Below the pieces are notes generated by a model. That model worked only from the letters and a program-made list of their open reading frames with translations, was not told the origin of the DNA and searched no databases. Below are positions 25,209-39,214 of a DNA stretch of 64,000 bases, in pieces. Source of the DNA: Macrostomum lignano (lineage: Eukaryota); the NCBI GenBank assembly GCA_002269645.1, contig NIVC01002466.1, positions 81,581-145,580 of the forward strand, in the 5' to 3' direction. Made by a program: the position numbers and the translations under genes. Positions within the stretch are counted from its first letter, which is position 1, and the number at the start of each line of letters is the position of its first letter.

Positions 25209-25805
25209 GCACAACCAAGAGCAAATGTCATAGACCCATTTATCTGCACAGTTAAATCAAAATGATTTATCACTTTTTTTACTCGATTGCTGTCGCAAAA
25301 AAAGTTGAATTTAACTGATATTTTTTTATCTTTCAATGAGTCAACCTGGTATGTTACTCGATCGAATGAAATACACTCCAAATGCTGTCTATCGCTGCCT
25401 TCTTTTGCTTGTTTTGTGGGCGCCATATTCCGAAAAAGTAAGAAAAAAATGTCAGGACGCATCGCTGTTTCTGTGCTCTGAATTTCGGTGCTTCAATTGT
25501 CGTGCACACTATCTCACCCCTCATCTCAATGTAGCTCCTGTTGTGTTTGACTTGAGCTCCGATTATTTGCTAGTAGAAAGCTGCGATTTGAGCTGCTCGC
25601 GATTTGCTATATATTTATGCTAGCGTACTGCACTTTAACAAGTTAAATATCCGTTGAAACCGCGCACGAGAGAAACAACCAAATACTGTACGATGAGCGA
25701 TGAGTCTGTGGATGACGCAATTTAGACCGAGAGTAAACGACAATGGGTGACGCATAGCGTACTTTAAACTAACCCCCAAGCACAGGTATGCGTCCGCCAT
25801 AACAG

Positions 25806-26192
25806 CTCCCTTCATCTCACTTACTTCCCTCCCCTCATCTCACTTACTTCCCTCCCTTCATCTCACTTACTTCTCTCCCTTCATCTCACTTACTTCCCTC
25901 CCCTCATCTCACTTGCTTCCTCCCTTTATCTCACTCTTACTTCCCTCCCTTCATCTCACTTACTTCCCTCTCTTCATCTCACTCTTACTTCCCTCCCTTC
26001 ATCTCACTCTTACTTCCCTCCCTTCATTTCACTTACTTCCCTCCCTTCATCTCACTCTTACTTCCCTCTCTTCATCTCACTCTTACTTCCCTCCCTTCAT
26101 CTCACTCTTACTTCCCTCCCTTCATTTCACTTACTTCCCTCCCTTCATCTCACTCTTACCTTCCTCCCTTCATCTCACTCTTACTTCCCTCC
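25806..26192 (+). repeat. 23/25-bp minisatellite, copy 2 (about twice copy 1 length)
   Basis: Direct tandem repeats. Confidence 0.95.
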
Positions 26193-27344
26193 GCAAATTT
26201 GCACCTCCCTACCCCCTGCTCCTTCGCTCAACCCACTAAGAGGTCTCGCCTCATCTGCTGCGCCTGCAGTCTTTAAGCTCCCTCTATCCCTCCCTCTTAC
26301 TATTCTTTTTCTGCATTCAAATTTTCTATTTTCTACTATTGGCAATAAATATATTCAATACCTTTGCTCCTCTTTTCCATTAGGCACATGCGCCTCATCT
26401 TTTGTTGATAAAAAAACGAAATAATAATGATGTGTCGCCATCCTGGCGCAACGCCTTCGGTGAAATCGTCTCACAAGCAGCAGTAAAGCAGTTCTGCTCA
26501 TTTCGCTGCTGACGAAAAATGCCACGACGAATGTTTTTGTCACAAGCTCGAAATGAAAATGTGGCGGCTCCCGGAATCGAACCAAAATTCGTGACTGTAA
26601 GGTCTAGGTTTGCGTGCTGAAAAAAAGGTGATTCAATATATACTCTTATATCTGTCAGTCATATTGGGGTCATGCTGTCCGAGGCCCTGTCTGACCGCCA
26701 GAGGGCAGACCTTTAGAGTACCGAGACATGGATTCCAACAGGGTTGCACTCAAGTAGAAAGAAAATGCCGCTTACACTACGCATTCGAGATTGGGGACGA
26801 GCGAGGCATTTACATAACACTTCATTGCCGGCCCGTCCAAGCGACCTGTTGCGCCGTCGGCGACTCCAGCTGGATGGCCACATCATCCATTTGTTCTGGC
26901 CAGAGTTTATTTAGGAGGTGCGGCTGCTTTCGCCGGTGAAGGTAGCCTATAAAGGCGCGAACAGGTGGGCCATGGATTCTACCTGAGGCCCCATATCGAG
27001 CGCCAAGTGACGCTGTTTTGAGGGACCTTCTGGGACAACGCGTATTGTTATTTTGCGTTGACAGACAATTGCTGCAATAAGAATTAATGGACTGCATGTA
27101 GAATAAGAAAGTGTTTAGCTCAGGCTGAATCGGAGACACGCTCAAGGGTCAATCAAGGATCAAGGGTCAATATATTATCCTTGATGTAATTCTTGTCTGC
27201 ATCAAGACACTCGATATTCAAAAACTGTGAACCATTTCAAAAATGTCTCTTCATACGAGCGTGTGTATAGTGTGTTCTTCAGGTTTAGTGTGTCCACACA
27301 AGTTGCTTGGAGCAGTAATATTTTCCCATTTCCGTATCCCAAAA

Positions 27345-29050
27345 CTAAACCAACTCCATAATCTGCTCAACAGTGAGCATTTCTTTGAAGATGCCGAGTA
27401 CTTTGATTCGGCCGTACAAAAACTTTGTTGGCGCATTATGCCAGTTGAAGCCAAGGTAGAGGCAGCCGATTCGCTCGGGATCCGTGCCGTACGTGCTGGC
27501 GGAGGTGTAGAAGGTGGTGTCCAGCTTCACACCGTTCACCACAAAGTAGCCGGATGTCGGGCCGATGGCCATGGCAAAGTGGATTGCAGAGCCGCTGGGA
27601 TAGGTGTAAGTCGATCCAGCAGCGACGGACGTTGCAACCTGCCAATCGCCAGTCAGGGAGTTCAGGAACCAGCCTTCGTTGCCAACGGACTGTTCGTTGA
27701 TGGCACCGTTGTGGTTGTTGTTGTTGGAGCAGCTGGCGAACATTGCGAGCTCGGTTCGATACTTTACAGTGCCCCGAACGAAAGTGACAAAGAAGGTGAA
27801 TTGCGTCCCAGCCCTGAAAGGTGTCGGTGGGATGCTTTTAGATGAGAAAAGGAGGGTCAGTGAAAAAGTTAAATTTAAATTCAAAATACAAAAAGAAAAA
27901 ACGAACCTGACAAGCGAGTCGAAGCCAATGTGCGACAGGTTGAGCCTCACGAACTGCGATATGCTCAACGGAATCTGGACGCCGTCGGGTCCGATGTCGA
28001 TCGGTGTGTTGTTGACGGCCGGCATGACGGTCGGGTTGGCGAGGTTCAGCATGCTCGAGTTGAAGGTGTAGAAGGCGAGCATTGATGAGGCCCAGGTGCG
28101 CGCTTTGTGCCACATGCTGCAGCCTTGGACGCCGTGGAGGCGGCTGTTCAGGTAGAGGCTGAGCGATCCCTCAAAGCAGCCGGACGCGTTGAAGACGAAG
28201 AACTCGCAGGTCGGACGCGACGCGCAGGCGTGGGCGCAAACGTCCAGGTGATGCGGCTGCGACCAAGCGAGGTGGAGCACAGGCGGGACATTGGCGGCCG
28301 CAGTGTGGGTGCACCAGGTCTCGCTGGAGAAGTGGCTTCGCCAACGGACCGACACGGCGAGAGGCGAGAAGTCGTCGGCTGGGTAGTCGGCGGCAGCGAT
28401 GTGGGCGAAGTAGGCGGAGGCATTGAACGACACGCAGCGGACGGCGGGTCCGGCGGCTTTGGGGGCAGCGGCTGCGGCGTCGAGAATCGGCGCAAACAGG
28501 GAGCCGTCCGCCGCCAGCCGCGTGCACCATCGGAAGCAGAGGAGCTCGGCCAGGTTTTCAGCCACACTCGTAGAATTAAGGACCAGAAACGGCGCTTCGA
28601 GTGTTTTGTTGTCTTCGCAATTCTCTAAAAGCAAATTTTTTTATTCGAAACGCGGTTCTTTGGGTTCCTGCTTAGCACTAAATTTGTGTTTTGAATAAAT
28701 AAAAATATGTTACCCAGAGCAGTGTCCATCTTGGCGATCAGTTTGCAACTTCCGGGCGTCAGCTGAGCCGACCGGTTTCGCAGAAGCCGCCACTTATTGT
28801 TGGAAAGCGACTCGTTGCCGTGGCAGGCGATGCAGCCGCTGGTCCTGGCGCAGTGCGCTGCGCATTCGATTTTACTCGCCGCTTCCGAGGCTTCAGCAAG
28901 CGACTCCTCAGTGCTGCAGAGCCCGTTAGTCACCGAGAAGTGAGCTGTGGCCGCCTGATCCACAGTTGCCGAGGCTGCACTGAGCGCCAGGAGAGTCAGA
29001 AGAAACGGCTGCACCAAGAGGTGCTGTCTGTCACAGTGAAATGTTTTCAT
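27345..29050 (-). CDS. PAN-LamG secreted protein, copy 2 (intact)
   Basis: Same exon structure as 12589-14294; a few substitutions (L/P, A/D, D/Y, V/A). Confidence 0.8.
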
Positions 29051-30859
29051 AGATATTGGAAATGTTTTGCTTGAGACTTCGAATTTATTGCAAATGGAGA
29101 GCGCCACTGGAAGCTGGGAACTTTTTCTGCTGTCGATTCGCCTCAACTTTTCGCGGATGCGTCGGATAAATACTCGTCCAGACAACAGCAATCAACTTGA
29201 GTGCCGATGAGGGCATTTGTCCGTAATTACCGTGTCTACTGATTTGGTGGAAGTCTGGCTTGATTGTTCCTTGCGGCTGAGCAATTCAGTTTTTCATTCA
29301 ATTTATGATTGAATCAATTTTTATTTCTGTTTTGGTTTTGCTATATTCTAGCTTTTACTTGACAACCAACGTTAATAGTTGATGGCGACTGAACAGTCCA
29401 TGAGCACTGTGTTTATAATTTAATTTTTTTGCCATCTTGCCCTAGGTTCTGAAAACTTCCGTTCACTTTAAGTCATGTTCCTGGACAAAATGGCTTAGCT
29501 GAGAGATCTTCGCTCGCTGACGAGTTTTTCAATTGTCTCAAGTGACGCTCATTCGACTGAGCCTGGGCACGCACATGGATCTCACGCATTCGACAGTGCA
29601 ATAGCGCGTTAACCTTAGCGCGTTAAGGCTCCTGCCACAATTGCACTAAACAGAAATGAAAAATTTGAACTACCGCTTGAACTTTGAACTACTGTTTTGC
29701 TACCGCAGCACGTTTATTTTCTGAGCAAAAACTCGCGCATTTCCCGGTGAACCCGTCAGACTCCGGTCTGGCGGTGGTTAGCTGCAGAAAACTGCAGATG
29801 GAATTTGTCCCGTCATGCACTGTCGTTCTACTTCCCTGATCAGTAGTGTGAATCGCATCCAACCTGCAAGTTTCTATCCTATCTCCCTTTTAGCTTGTCT
29901 CCCTTCCCTTCTCCTTACCCTCCCCATTGACAGTCACCACGGTGTCCTGCAGCATGCGACTTCGATTTCATAGTGGTTAACGCAAGCAAGAGTGACAGCC
30001 TCAACCCCAAGTATGTTGCTATATTTGACCTGCTACAGTGGATTCTACGAGCTATGCAGTTGCACAGAATCTTGCATATCCGATTCAAATGTTAAGAATC
30101 TCAAGTGAGCATCGTAGCTTGCGGCTATCATAGCCTGCTGAACTTTAGAAACTCGAGTGTACCTCCGCACGATCAGTACACACAATCCAGCCGTTTCTGG
30201 ACAGCACAAGAAAAAGATGCGCGCTAAGCTTTGTGAGGGCCTCTTTTGCCGGTCGCCGGCATGGGTTATAGGGCTCCAGCCTGTCAACACCACCAATAAA
30301 TCTGTTGTACGACACGATCCTGTCTAAATTGTGTAGCTCGTGAGAGCAGAGAATTTAGAGGAAAAAATCGCAAAATATATTTTGGCATGCACGACAACTG
30401 CGGAGCGATGATATAGCCAGCGATGGAAAAGTTAAAATGACTCACCCATCTGGAGTGGCGGCATGCACAGACTACAGCGAGATGAAAGTAATAAGAGAGC
30501 AGCCCCCACCCCCGACGGCACAAACCACGCGCAACCAAAACAAAAGGAAAACAACAAAAAAGTGTTCATGCAACGTGCAAAAGTCCTAACCAAACAGCGG
30601 ACAGAAAGTTCGTCATCAGGTGGCCGTGTAAAAATCCGGCGGCCGTGCTACAGAAGGACGGGAAACCAAGTTTCCTGGAAAAGAGGATGTGAACTTAAGA
30701 GTCAAAATGGAGCCCGAAAATGGAGCCCCGGTCCCGATTTCTCTACGCCAAGCTTAATTGACGAGAATGCCAAGATAAACGCTCTTTTTACAAGCGTATA
30801 AGTTTGTAGGAAGATTCTCTTTCACCTTCATCATCAACAGCAGCTGAACTCCGATACTC

Positions 30860-33800
30860 ATGCTGAGGTTTGGTCCAGCGGTCGTCAAAGAATCGGCGAT
30901 GGTGGCTAGCCTGGCCAAGCCAGCGGACTGCAAGGACCGTCACCTGCCCAAGCAGCTGCAGCTCAAGAGCATCCTGGCAGGCTTCAGCGACCGCTTGCAA
31001 GTCATCGGATGCGTCAAGGGAGTCAGCGTTACCATCAAGCTGAGGCCAGATGCCAACCAAGTCTGCCATCGGCCTCCTGCGACTGCGCCGTCTCTGCATG
31101 GGCTACACGTCCGCCTCGGAGATCCTCCAGCATTTGATGACCTCCGTCCTGAGCGGTCTCCCGGGCGTGCATGACGACGTCCTGGTGTACGCAAAGGACA
31201 TCAAGGAGCACATCCAGCGTCTTCGAGACTGCCTTGCTCGACTGAAGGAGAGCAACATCACACTGAACATCAAGAAGTGTCGGTTCGCCCAGGGGGAGGT
31301 CGACTTCCTTGCCATGCGACTCACGGCCGCCGGCATCCACCCAAGCAAGGAGAAGGTGGAGGCCTTCCGCAGCTTCAAGCGGCCGACCAACGCGACCGAG
31401 GTCCGCTCCTTCCTGGGTCTCGTCACCTTCGTGGCCAGCTTCATCAGCAACCTGTCCGATAGGGCCTGGCCGTTACGGGAGCTGACGAAGCGAGCCGCCG
31501 AGTGGACCTGAGGCGAGCAGCAGGAAGCGGCCTTCAACGACATCCAGCAGCCAGGCGCTGGTATTCGTCAACAGCGAACTGCAGATCCAGCTGATCGTGG
31601 ACGCCAGCCCAACCGGCGTCGGCGCCATCCTTGCCCAGGTACAGCCGGACGGATCGACACGGCCGGTGGCCTACGCCAGCTGCAGTCTGAGCCCGACGGA
31701 GCAGCGCTACTCCCAGACGGAGCGCGAGGCCCTGGCAGTGAAGTACGGTGGCCTGAAATTCCGGGATCTCGGCCACCGCCACGGATCGAGCGAATGACAT
31801 TGCGACTGCAAGACCTCGTGTTCCAGGTGGTGTACCAGCCCGTCCTACGTTTCGAGCCAGCGACAACGCCGCACCAAAAGAACGACTCGCTTCGCCTATC
31901 AGAAAGCCAACTGGGATCTTTTCCGCCAGGTCATCGAATCCGAGCTAAAACACTGGACAAAGCGCCCACCCCGGACCGCCTCAGGGGCGGCTGCCAAGCT
32001 CGCTAACACCACACTCGCTAACACAAGGGTTGCCCCCTGGCTTCCCACCCTCGTTTAACAACAACACCACACTCCGCGCGGCGAACAAGGCAATCCCCAA
32101 AGGCGCCCGGCGCGCCCCGATCGGCTGGTGGTGCCCCGAAGTCGAATCTGCCTGCAACGCCCGACGCGAAACACTGGAGAAGCTCAGGGCGGACCTAAAC
32201 AACGAGACGCTTGCTACGGATTTCCAGACTGCGGCGGCCGCTGCCACCGAGGCCATCCGCAAAGCCAAAGAATCCCTGTGGCAAGAGTTCGTCAGCGACT
32301 ACCAGGCAGAACTGAAGTCGGCGGACCTCTGGGGAATCATCCGCACCCTCGACGGCATATCACCAGCCTGCGGGCCGTCCGTTGCGATCAAAACCCCAAC
32401 TGGATGCGTAGCCACCACAGACCGCCAAAAGGCTGACCTCTTCTGTAAAGAGTACGCAACAGTCAGCCACCTGCTGCCCAAGGACAAGCAGCGCGACAAA
32501 GCTATCGCCATTGAAGCCAGAGCAGCCCTGGCGGCCCCCTGTAAGCTGCCTTGGTGAACCTTACCGCTGACTATCGCCCGATATGCCTTCTTTCCTGCGT
32601 TGCTAAGGTCGCTGAAAGGATGATCAACGAACGCCTCACCCAAGTGGAATGAGGATCAGCTGAATCAGCTGGAGTGAGGATCAATCCAGCCCAGGCCGGC
32701 TTTCGCAGGTACCGCTCCACTGAGGAGCAAATCACTGCCGTCACGCACTACATCATCGATGGCTAAGAAGCCAGCAAAGCGCTCAGCTCTCCTCGGAGAT
32801 TCTTCGAGAGCCTACAAAATGCCCAAACCGTCAAACTGCACCGCAAGAGGGTCCCCACCTGCATGAACCGATGGCTCAGAAGGTTCCTCTCGGACAGACG
32901 CGCCCGCGTCACCTGGAACGGAACCAGTAGCTGGATCCTCACCTTCTCCGATGGCCTCCCGCAAGGATCGGTCCTCGCCCCGACCCTATGGATCGTCTAC
33001 ATGGACGACCTCCTGGATGGCGCGCCTGAGGACGTCCTGACTATAGCTTACGCCGACGACAGCAATCTTTGGAGCTCAGGGCGCAACTGTCCGGGAGTGC
33101 GAGCAAACCCAACAACGCGCGACCAATTGGCTCCTGTTGTGGTCCCAAAACTGGAAAGTGGACCTCAGCAGGACCAAGTCGGTCGTTGCGTACTTCTCTC
33201 TCGACCTGCGTGAGACAAACGGAAAGGTGCAGCCACGCATCATGCTCGGCGTCTCCCAGGCCCCTTCGAACTGCACCCAAAACTGCTCGGCGTTTACCTG
33301 GATCCACAGCTTACTTTCCGCCACCAAGCCTCACTCCAACGCAGGAACCTGCAAAAACGCACCAGCGTCCAGCGGCTCGGCTCCCCCAAGCAGACGCTCC
33401 ACTGGACCTCCGCAGCACCCGCTCAGCCATTGCTGTGCTAGTAGCCTCGGACCTCCACCAGGCCTACGCCAATGACCAGCACTGCGCGACGCATCGCTCT
33501 GCCACTCACGGAAGGCCACCGAAACGCCTACCGCCGGGCTCCGGGCGCAAAGCCCATGTGACCCTGGCCCAGCTCCGCCTCCGCAAATATCGCGACCGCA
33601 TCGGCCTGGAACCATCCGCGACCTGCCCAGCATGCGGCAAAGCTGAGGAGGACCTCGAACACCTCATGATCCAGTGCCCGGTACACGCAGACATCCGGGC
33701 GAAGGTCCTCGGACCAAACGCGTCGCTGACGGTCATCGCAGACGACGGCCCCGCGTGCTCGAGTATCTCCAGAGGATAGGGGCGCAGACGTGCCCCCCCC

Positions 33801-35535
33801 CCCGGACTAGCTCTGGCCAAGAAACCATCACCACCACCACGTTTTGAGCCGCCAGCCACTGCCGATGCCGCCTAACAACGTTGGTTAGCAAGAAGACGTA
33901 ATCTACGTGGCCACGGCAGTCCAAGCAGCAACGCCGGTGTCCATCAGCCTGGCGACCATCAAAGCGGCCTCCAACCAAGATGCCACAGTCCAAGCCGCGC
34001 CTCACGGCATCCGCAGTGTCAGGTTCGGGACAGGAGCAACCTGAACCCGAAGCGTGAAGGCTGCACACCGTCCCCCATGAGTTGTCTAAGCTCGACGGCC
34101 TGCTGCTACGTCTGGGCCAGATCTTCATGCCTACAGCACTGCGCTACCGGCGCCTGCAGCTGGCGCACCAAGGTCACCAGGGCATTAGAGAGACAAGGTG
34201 TGCAAGCCAAGATGTGGTGGCCCAGCATGCGAGCATCAGTACAGGCGCACGAGGTGGCCTGCCTGAGCTGCCAGATCTGCACCCGCGAGACCACGCCAAA
34301 GGCGACGCCGCTCAAGCCGACCAAACTACCTGCGGCGCCCTGGCTGGAGCTTGGCATGGACATCATCGGGCCCGTCAACGGCAAGTCGCTGCTCGTCTGC
34401 ACGGATCACTTCTCGCGCATCCCACTGGTCGAGGTCATGTCGAGCACCACCGCCGCGGCAGTCATCCGCATGCTGCGGAATTGGTTCAGCATCTTCGGGC
34501 AGCCCATGAAAGTGACGACCGGCAACGGCCCGTCCTTCGCGTCGGCTGAGTTTAGCAGCTTCTTGGTGGACCAAGGCTCCAGGCACCACCGGATCACTCC
34601 GCTGTACCCACAGGCCAACGGCGCTACGGAAAGGTGCAACCAGAGACTCAACAAGGCCATCCGTACGGCCGTGGCCGAAGGCAGGGACTGGACGGCAGCA
34701 ATCGACGAGTACCTGGCTGCGTACAGACGCACTCCGCACAGCGCTACTGGGATCGCGCCCGCCAGCGTTCTGTTCGGGCGGCAGATCCCCGACACGATCC
34801 CCAACCTCCAGCACTCGCAGCCGGTGGACGCAACGAGAGCAGCCATCAAGGACAAGGACCAGCTGTCCAAGGAGAAGATGAAGCGCTACGCCGACCAAAG
34901 GGCCAAGGCAGCAGACCACTACATTCGGCCAGGAGACCGCGTCCTGCGATGGCTGCAGTCCAGACAAAAGGCCGGCGCCTTCTACGACTCAACGCCGTGG
35001 GTCGTGTCCAAAGTGCTCGAAGACTCGCTGATCACGCAGCGCGACGACACCACCTGCTGCTGGCACGCCACGCAGGTCAAGCGGCTGCCAGAAGCGCCAG
35101 ACCAGCCAGCCGGGCCGGCGCCGCAGCCGCCTGGCATGCCAGGAAGCTTGGACAAACCGGAGCCACCGATCGCGGCTCGGCCGCACCTGCGGCAGGCCAA
35201 AGGCGGAGACAAGATCTACAAAGAAGTTGATTCGATCAGCTTCGATTCCCAATTCCCAATCATTGGTTCGATTCCCAATCATTTTTATTCCACTCGGGGA
35301 GAATTGTCATGCCGCAGCCCTGTACTCACTTGTTGTTAAACGGGGTGCCTAGCGGTGCGAGGTGCTCACTCACTGTACTCTTTTACTGAAATCTGCACCC
35401 CCAACTTACCTCTCCCCTTTTTATGCCTTTTATACCAACGTGGCCGCACCTGATTGGCTGAGGCCTGAAGGCTCAAATATATAGGGCCAAGCGTTTTTGC
35501 GCCGCAAAATCAATACTGACTCCAGAGTCATGATA
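30860..35535 (+). mobile_element. pol: Decayed Gypsy, copy 2
   Basis: Same motifs as copy 1; integrase open over 34077-35339. Confidence 0.93.
31843..33840 (+). mobile_element. Nested LINE, copy 2, lacking ~360 bp including the RNase H segment
   Basis: Joins GCGTCC directly (+AG) to CGGCTCGG at ~33370, skipping the equivalent of 18360-18722. Confidence 0.87.
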
Positions 35536-36867
35536 TTTAGAAGGCAGGTTTCACCGAAAAATACATTGCGGAGATCGGAAGTTTTCATTTTCCAGTAGAA
35601 AAATTGTTTTTGTTCTTAATATAGAATACAGAGTCAATGTCCTTTTTTTCTATTTTTGCCTTTCTGAAATCAATCACGTATGGGCATATGGAGACAAGCC
35701 AGTTTTAGTATATAGGATATATGTTACGAATAGTTTTGCGTTCATGTCCCATTCCTAGCAATCATTAAAAATGGCAACAATTCCACTCCATTGGTTTTAT
35801 GAATCTATTCATATTTCATCATTCTGTTACACATTTTGTTACACAGTCATTAAGTTTTGAATGATTGTGACATGATTCATGAAATTAATGAGCCGAGCTG
35901 TGCCATTCTTTGGATTTTCATGCACAAGACATGCACGATTCTACGTAAGATATAAAAATAAACTCAGCATCAAAAGATGAACACTGGGTCTGCCTTCTAT
36001 CAAAAGTAATAACAATTTTTGTGCTGAAAGAATGAAAACCTCCTATCTCCGTAACGCATTTTTCGGCAAAACTTGAAACTTTCCAAGAAACGTAGTTTTC
36101 CATTCTTCTACTTGAGTAGTCTTTGGCTCAGGTATACACATTCGATAGTGCGATAGTCGGGAATGGGGGCGAGCGTGCAGGAGCTCGACCTGCTTCTCAA
36201 AGCTCCAAGGTGGCTCTATCCCAAGGCCTCAGTCACATCTTCATCTTCTCATGCTTGGCGATTCAAGGGTAGAATTGGTCCGGCATCCAATCTGGATTCA
36301 ATATGCTCTGCTTCTTAACCCTTCTCCATCCCAGTCATCGGTGTCCTGCAGCATGCGACTTCGGTTTCATAGTGTCTGAGGCAAGCAAAGGCGACAGCCT
36401 CAACCCCCAAGTATGTTACTATGTGTGCCATTTTATGCCACACAGCAAAATCCTACTCAATTTTTAAGAATCTCCTGTGAAGTTTGAGTTTGCAGGAAAT
36501 TTTACAGTTTAAATTTTTATTATTTTACTCTCCTTAATTGTTTAATCCCATCTGAGCTCAACAAGCAGCGAATGTATGCGTTTAGCAGTGCAGAACTCAT
36601 GCAGCTCAAACTGGAAAATGATGGAAATGCTTTGTTTAAGAGAGCCCAACCGTGCGCAAGCAGCAAGCAGTTTAGGGACGAATGCAGCTGAATTCTTTCA
36701 TAAAAATTGCCATCCGTCTGTACGGCTGCTCCAGCCAATTCTACATTGAATGCGAAGAAAAACGAAAAATCCCGGACAATGGGTGCTGCAGATATGATAT
36801 ATGCGGAGAAATCTTTCATTTCCCAACAATTCTGCCTCCCAAACAGCTTCACTGGTGCAGCATCAGG

Positions 36868-38661
36868 ATGAGACAGTGTCCTGTTAATCTGGTCTTCTGG
36901 CTGGCGGTAGCGCTGCTGCTGACTGATACCTGTGCCTCTCAGTAAGTTCCCCGCTATCTCCATGTAGATTAATTTTCCCATGTTTCCCATATCTTTCTAA
37001 GCATATTCGCTCCGCACTTCAGAGACAGTGCGGTGCCAGTGTGTTCAAGGGAGACATTTTCTCTGGAATCGGAGACAAGGACGCCAACGATGTTTACAAG
37101 GGTATTAACTGAAACCGTTGCTAGCATTCTTGACTGCGCAATGCTCTGCACCAAGCGCCCCGACTGTCTGTCGTTTGGATTCTCTGTCGAGGCGTTCGAG
37201 TGCCGAATGTCGAATGAAAATGCCGGAATTCCGGACTCGCGGTTCGTATTTTATCGCAGAAATTTTTGTGAGCGGATTTTTTTTCGTTTTCCGGAACAAA
37301 AATCTAGCGTTAGATTTTTACTGAAATAAGATTGAAATAAATATGATTCATATCACGCTTTCCTACATGCAGATTCGACATCATCGTGCAAAAACACCGT
37401 CTCGGCAACTGATGACGGCCGCTTGTGGTGTCCCATCCAGCAGCGAGTGAGCGACTCTGTCAGCTTCGAGCAGAGTTGGAGCAGCTACGAGACTGGGTTC
37501 GGCAACGAACTTAACTTCTGGATCGGTCTGTTGCTTTTTGTGATTTAAAAAGCTTGTTTAGCACCAGAAAGAGTTCCAATCATGGACTGCTAAAGTACAA
37601 GGATGCTAAGACTCGCAATTCGTGCGAATTCCGCTTGAGGTCGTTTCTCGCTGAAAAAAGCATTAGGCTAGTCAGTTGGGTACTTTTCAGCTGTCTTGTT
37701 CAAGATGCGCTCACAAGTGTGTCGAGAAAAAGTTTGAAAATTTATTTTTGAACTTCTGATCTTAAGGGCCCGTTCTATAAAGCCATCGTAAGATACGATC
37801 GTTCTTAGCTCCTATCTCCGTAGTGTAAAAGTTCCGACGTACGATCGAACTTACGCTACGACAGCTTTATAGTACGACCCCTTAATGCTAATTCTTCAGC
37901 GAAAATTGGCCTACTTTAGTGTTGTTCGTTCGTCTACTTTAATTTGTTTCCAATGTATAAAGGCCCAGGAGTATACTCGCGCGCCGCGACCCCTTGGTTC
38001 GATTCCGTTGCGCGGCCGCATTCATTTGGGGTTTGTTGTGCAATTCACAACCATGAGACCCAAGCCCCAGGGCACAGAGAGTGTACATGCATGCCTGATG
38101 ATTATAAAGTCTGGGCTGCTGTTCACCCTGTGTGAGCGAGTGCATGATTGTGTGCCTGCGTACAGCATCGGTTGGGACGGCTGGGTGTCCGCAACCCACC
38201 TAAAGTTGTCCACGTTCAAAACATTACCAGGCCTGCTGGACATTCACGAGCTCAGCTCGGTACTGGATGATGGTGTGACTCTGCTGGTTGAAATTTTCTC
38301 CTGGCACGAAGAGAAGCTGTTTCAAGAGTACTCCAACTTTCGAGTTCAAGACGCCAGATCGAAATATAATATGACTGTGGGACGCTTGGAGAGGACTCGC
38401 TCGAACTTTTTCTACAACAATCTCGGCTATCACAGTGGAATGCGGTTCTCCACGATGGAACAAGACAATGACCTACTGGGTGGCTCCTGCTCTACATATT
38501 TCCACGGCAACTCCGGCTGGTGGTTCAAGTCCTGCGCTCGAGCAAACCCCAACGGCCTGTACTCCAATTCGGAGGTCAACAGCCCAAGTGCGATTTGCTG
38601 GATGCGGAACGGCAGCTGGACTTCGGTCAAAGCAACTCGACTGTCGCTAAACATACCTTGA
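36868..38661 (+). CDS. PAN-FReD secreted protein, copy 2 (intact)
   Basis: Same exons as copy 1; the last exon differs by one amino acid (Q/R). Confidence 0.9.
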
Positions 38662-39214
38662 GCGACGTCACCTCTGAGGCTCTAATCAAGTAATGATTGG
38701 GATGCTTGGGGTTCAACTGCACTCCTGCAGCCAGCTGTACCCTGGGCAACCTGCGACCGAGCACTGTGTGGTAGCAGAACTTGAAAGTCAACAATCGCTC
38801 GATTCAGTTCACGCATGTAAATCCAATAGTTTAGAGCTAAAATAAACAAACTAAATTTAAGCTCGATCTGAATACGATCGAGCTCCTGCTGAGGGAAACT
38901 GTCCACTGCGCATTAATTGTGTGTGTCCAGCTGTGTATGTCTCTCACACGTTCGAATGCATGCGTTTCTAGGGGTCTTTGCCGATGCCTTCCGGATCTCT
39001 TAAATGTAGCATGGGTATTAGCATGTAACTAGCAATCTAGTGCGGCCCCCCTTCGGGGCGCCCAATAAGAAAGGAGCAAAAATAGTTCACGGAAAACAAT
39101 AAAAAAGCACATTTTCTTAAACACCAATTCCTTCTTCACTTTTAAAAATCACCTTAGCTTGTATTCGGGTAAAATTGTCACGGACAAAGATGTTTAAAGG
39201 ACGGGGCTCACAAC

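Larger units (their letters stand above)
24171..38850 (+). repeat. Segmental tandem duplication, copy 2
   Basis: Begins CAAAGCCGAC (= 9494) directly after CTAAAATAAA; ends CTAAAATAAACAAA at 38850. Confidence 0.97.

Noticed and set aside
9494-38850. Near-identical copy lengths (14677 vs 14676) as a length constraint
   Set aside because: Internal offsets swing from 14565 to 15011; the net cancellation looks coincidental.
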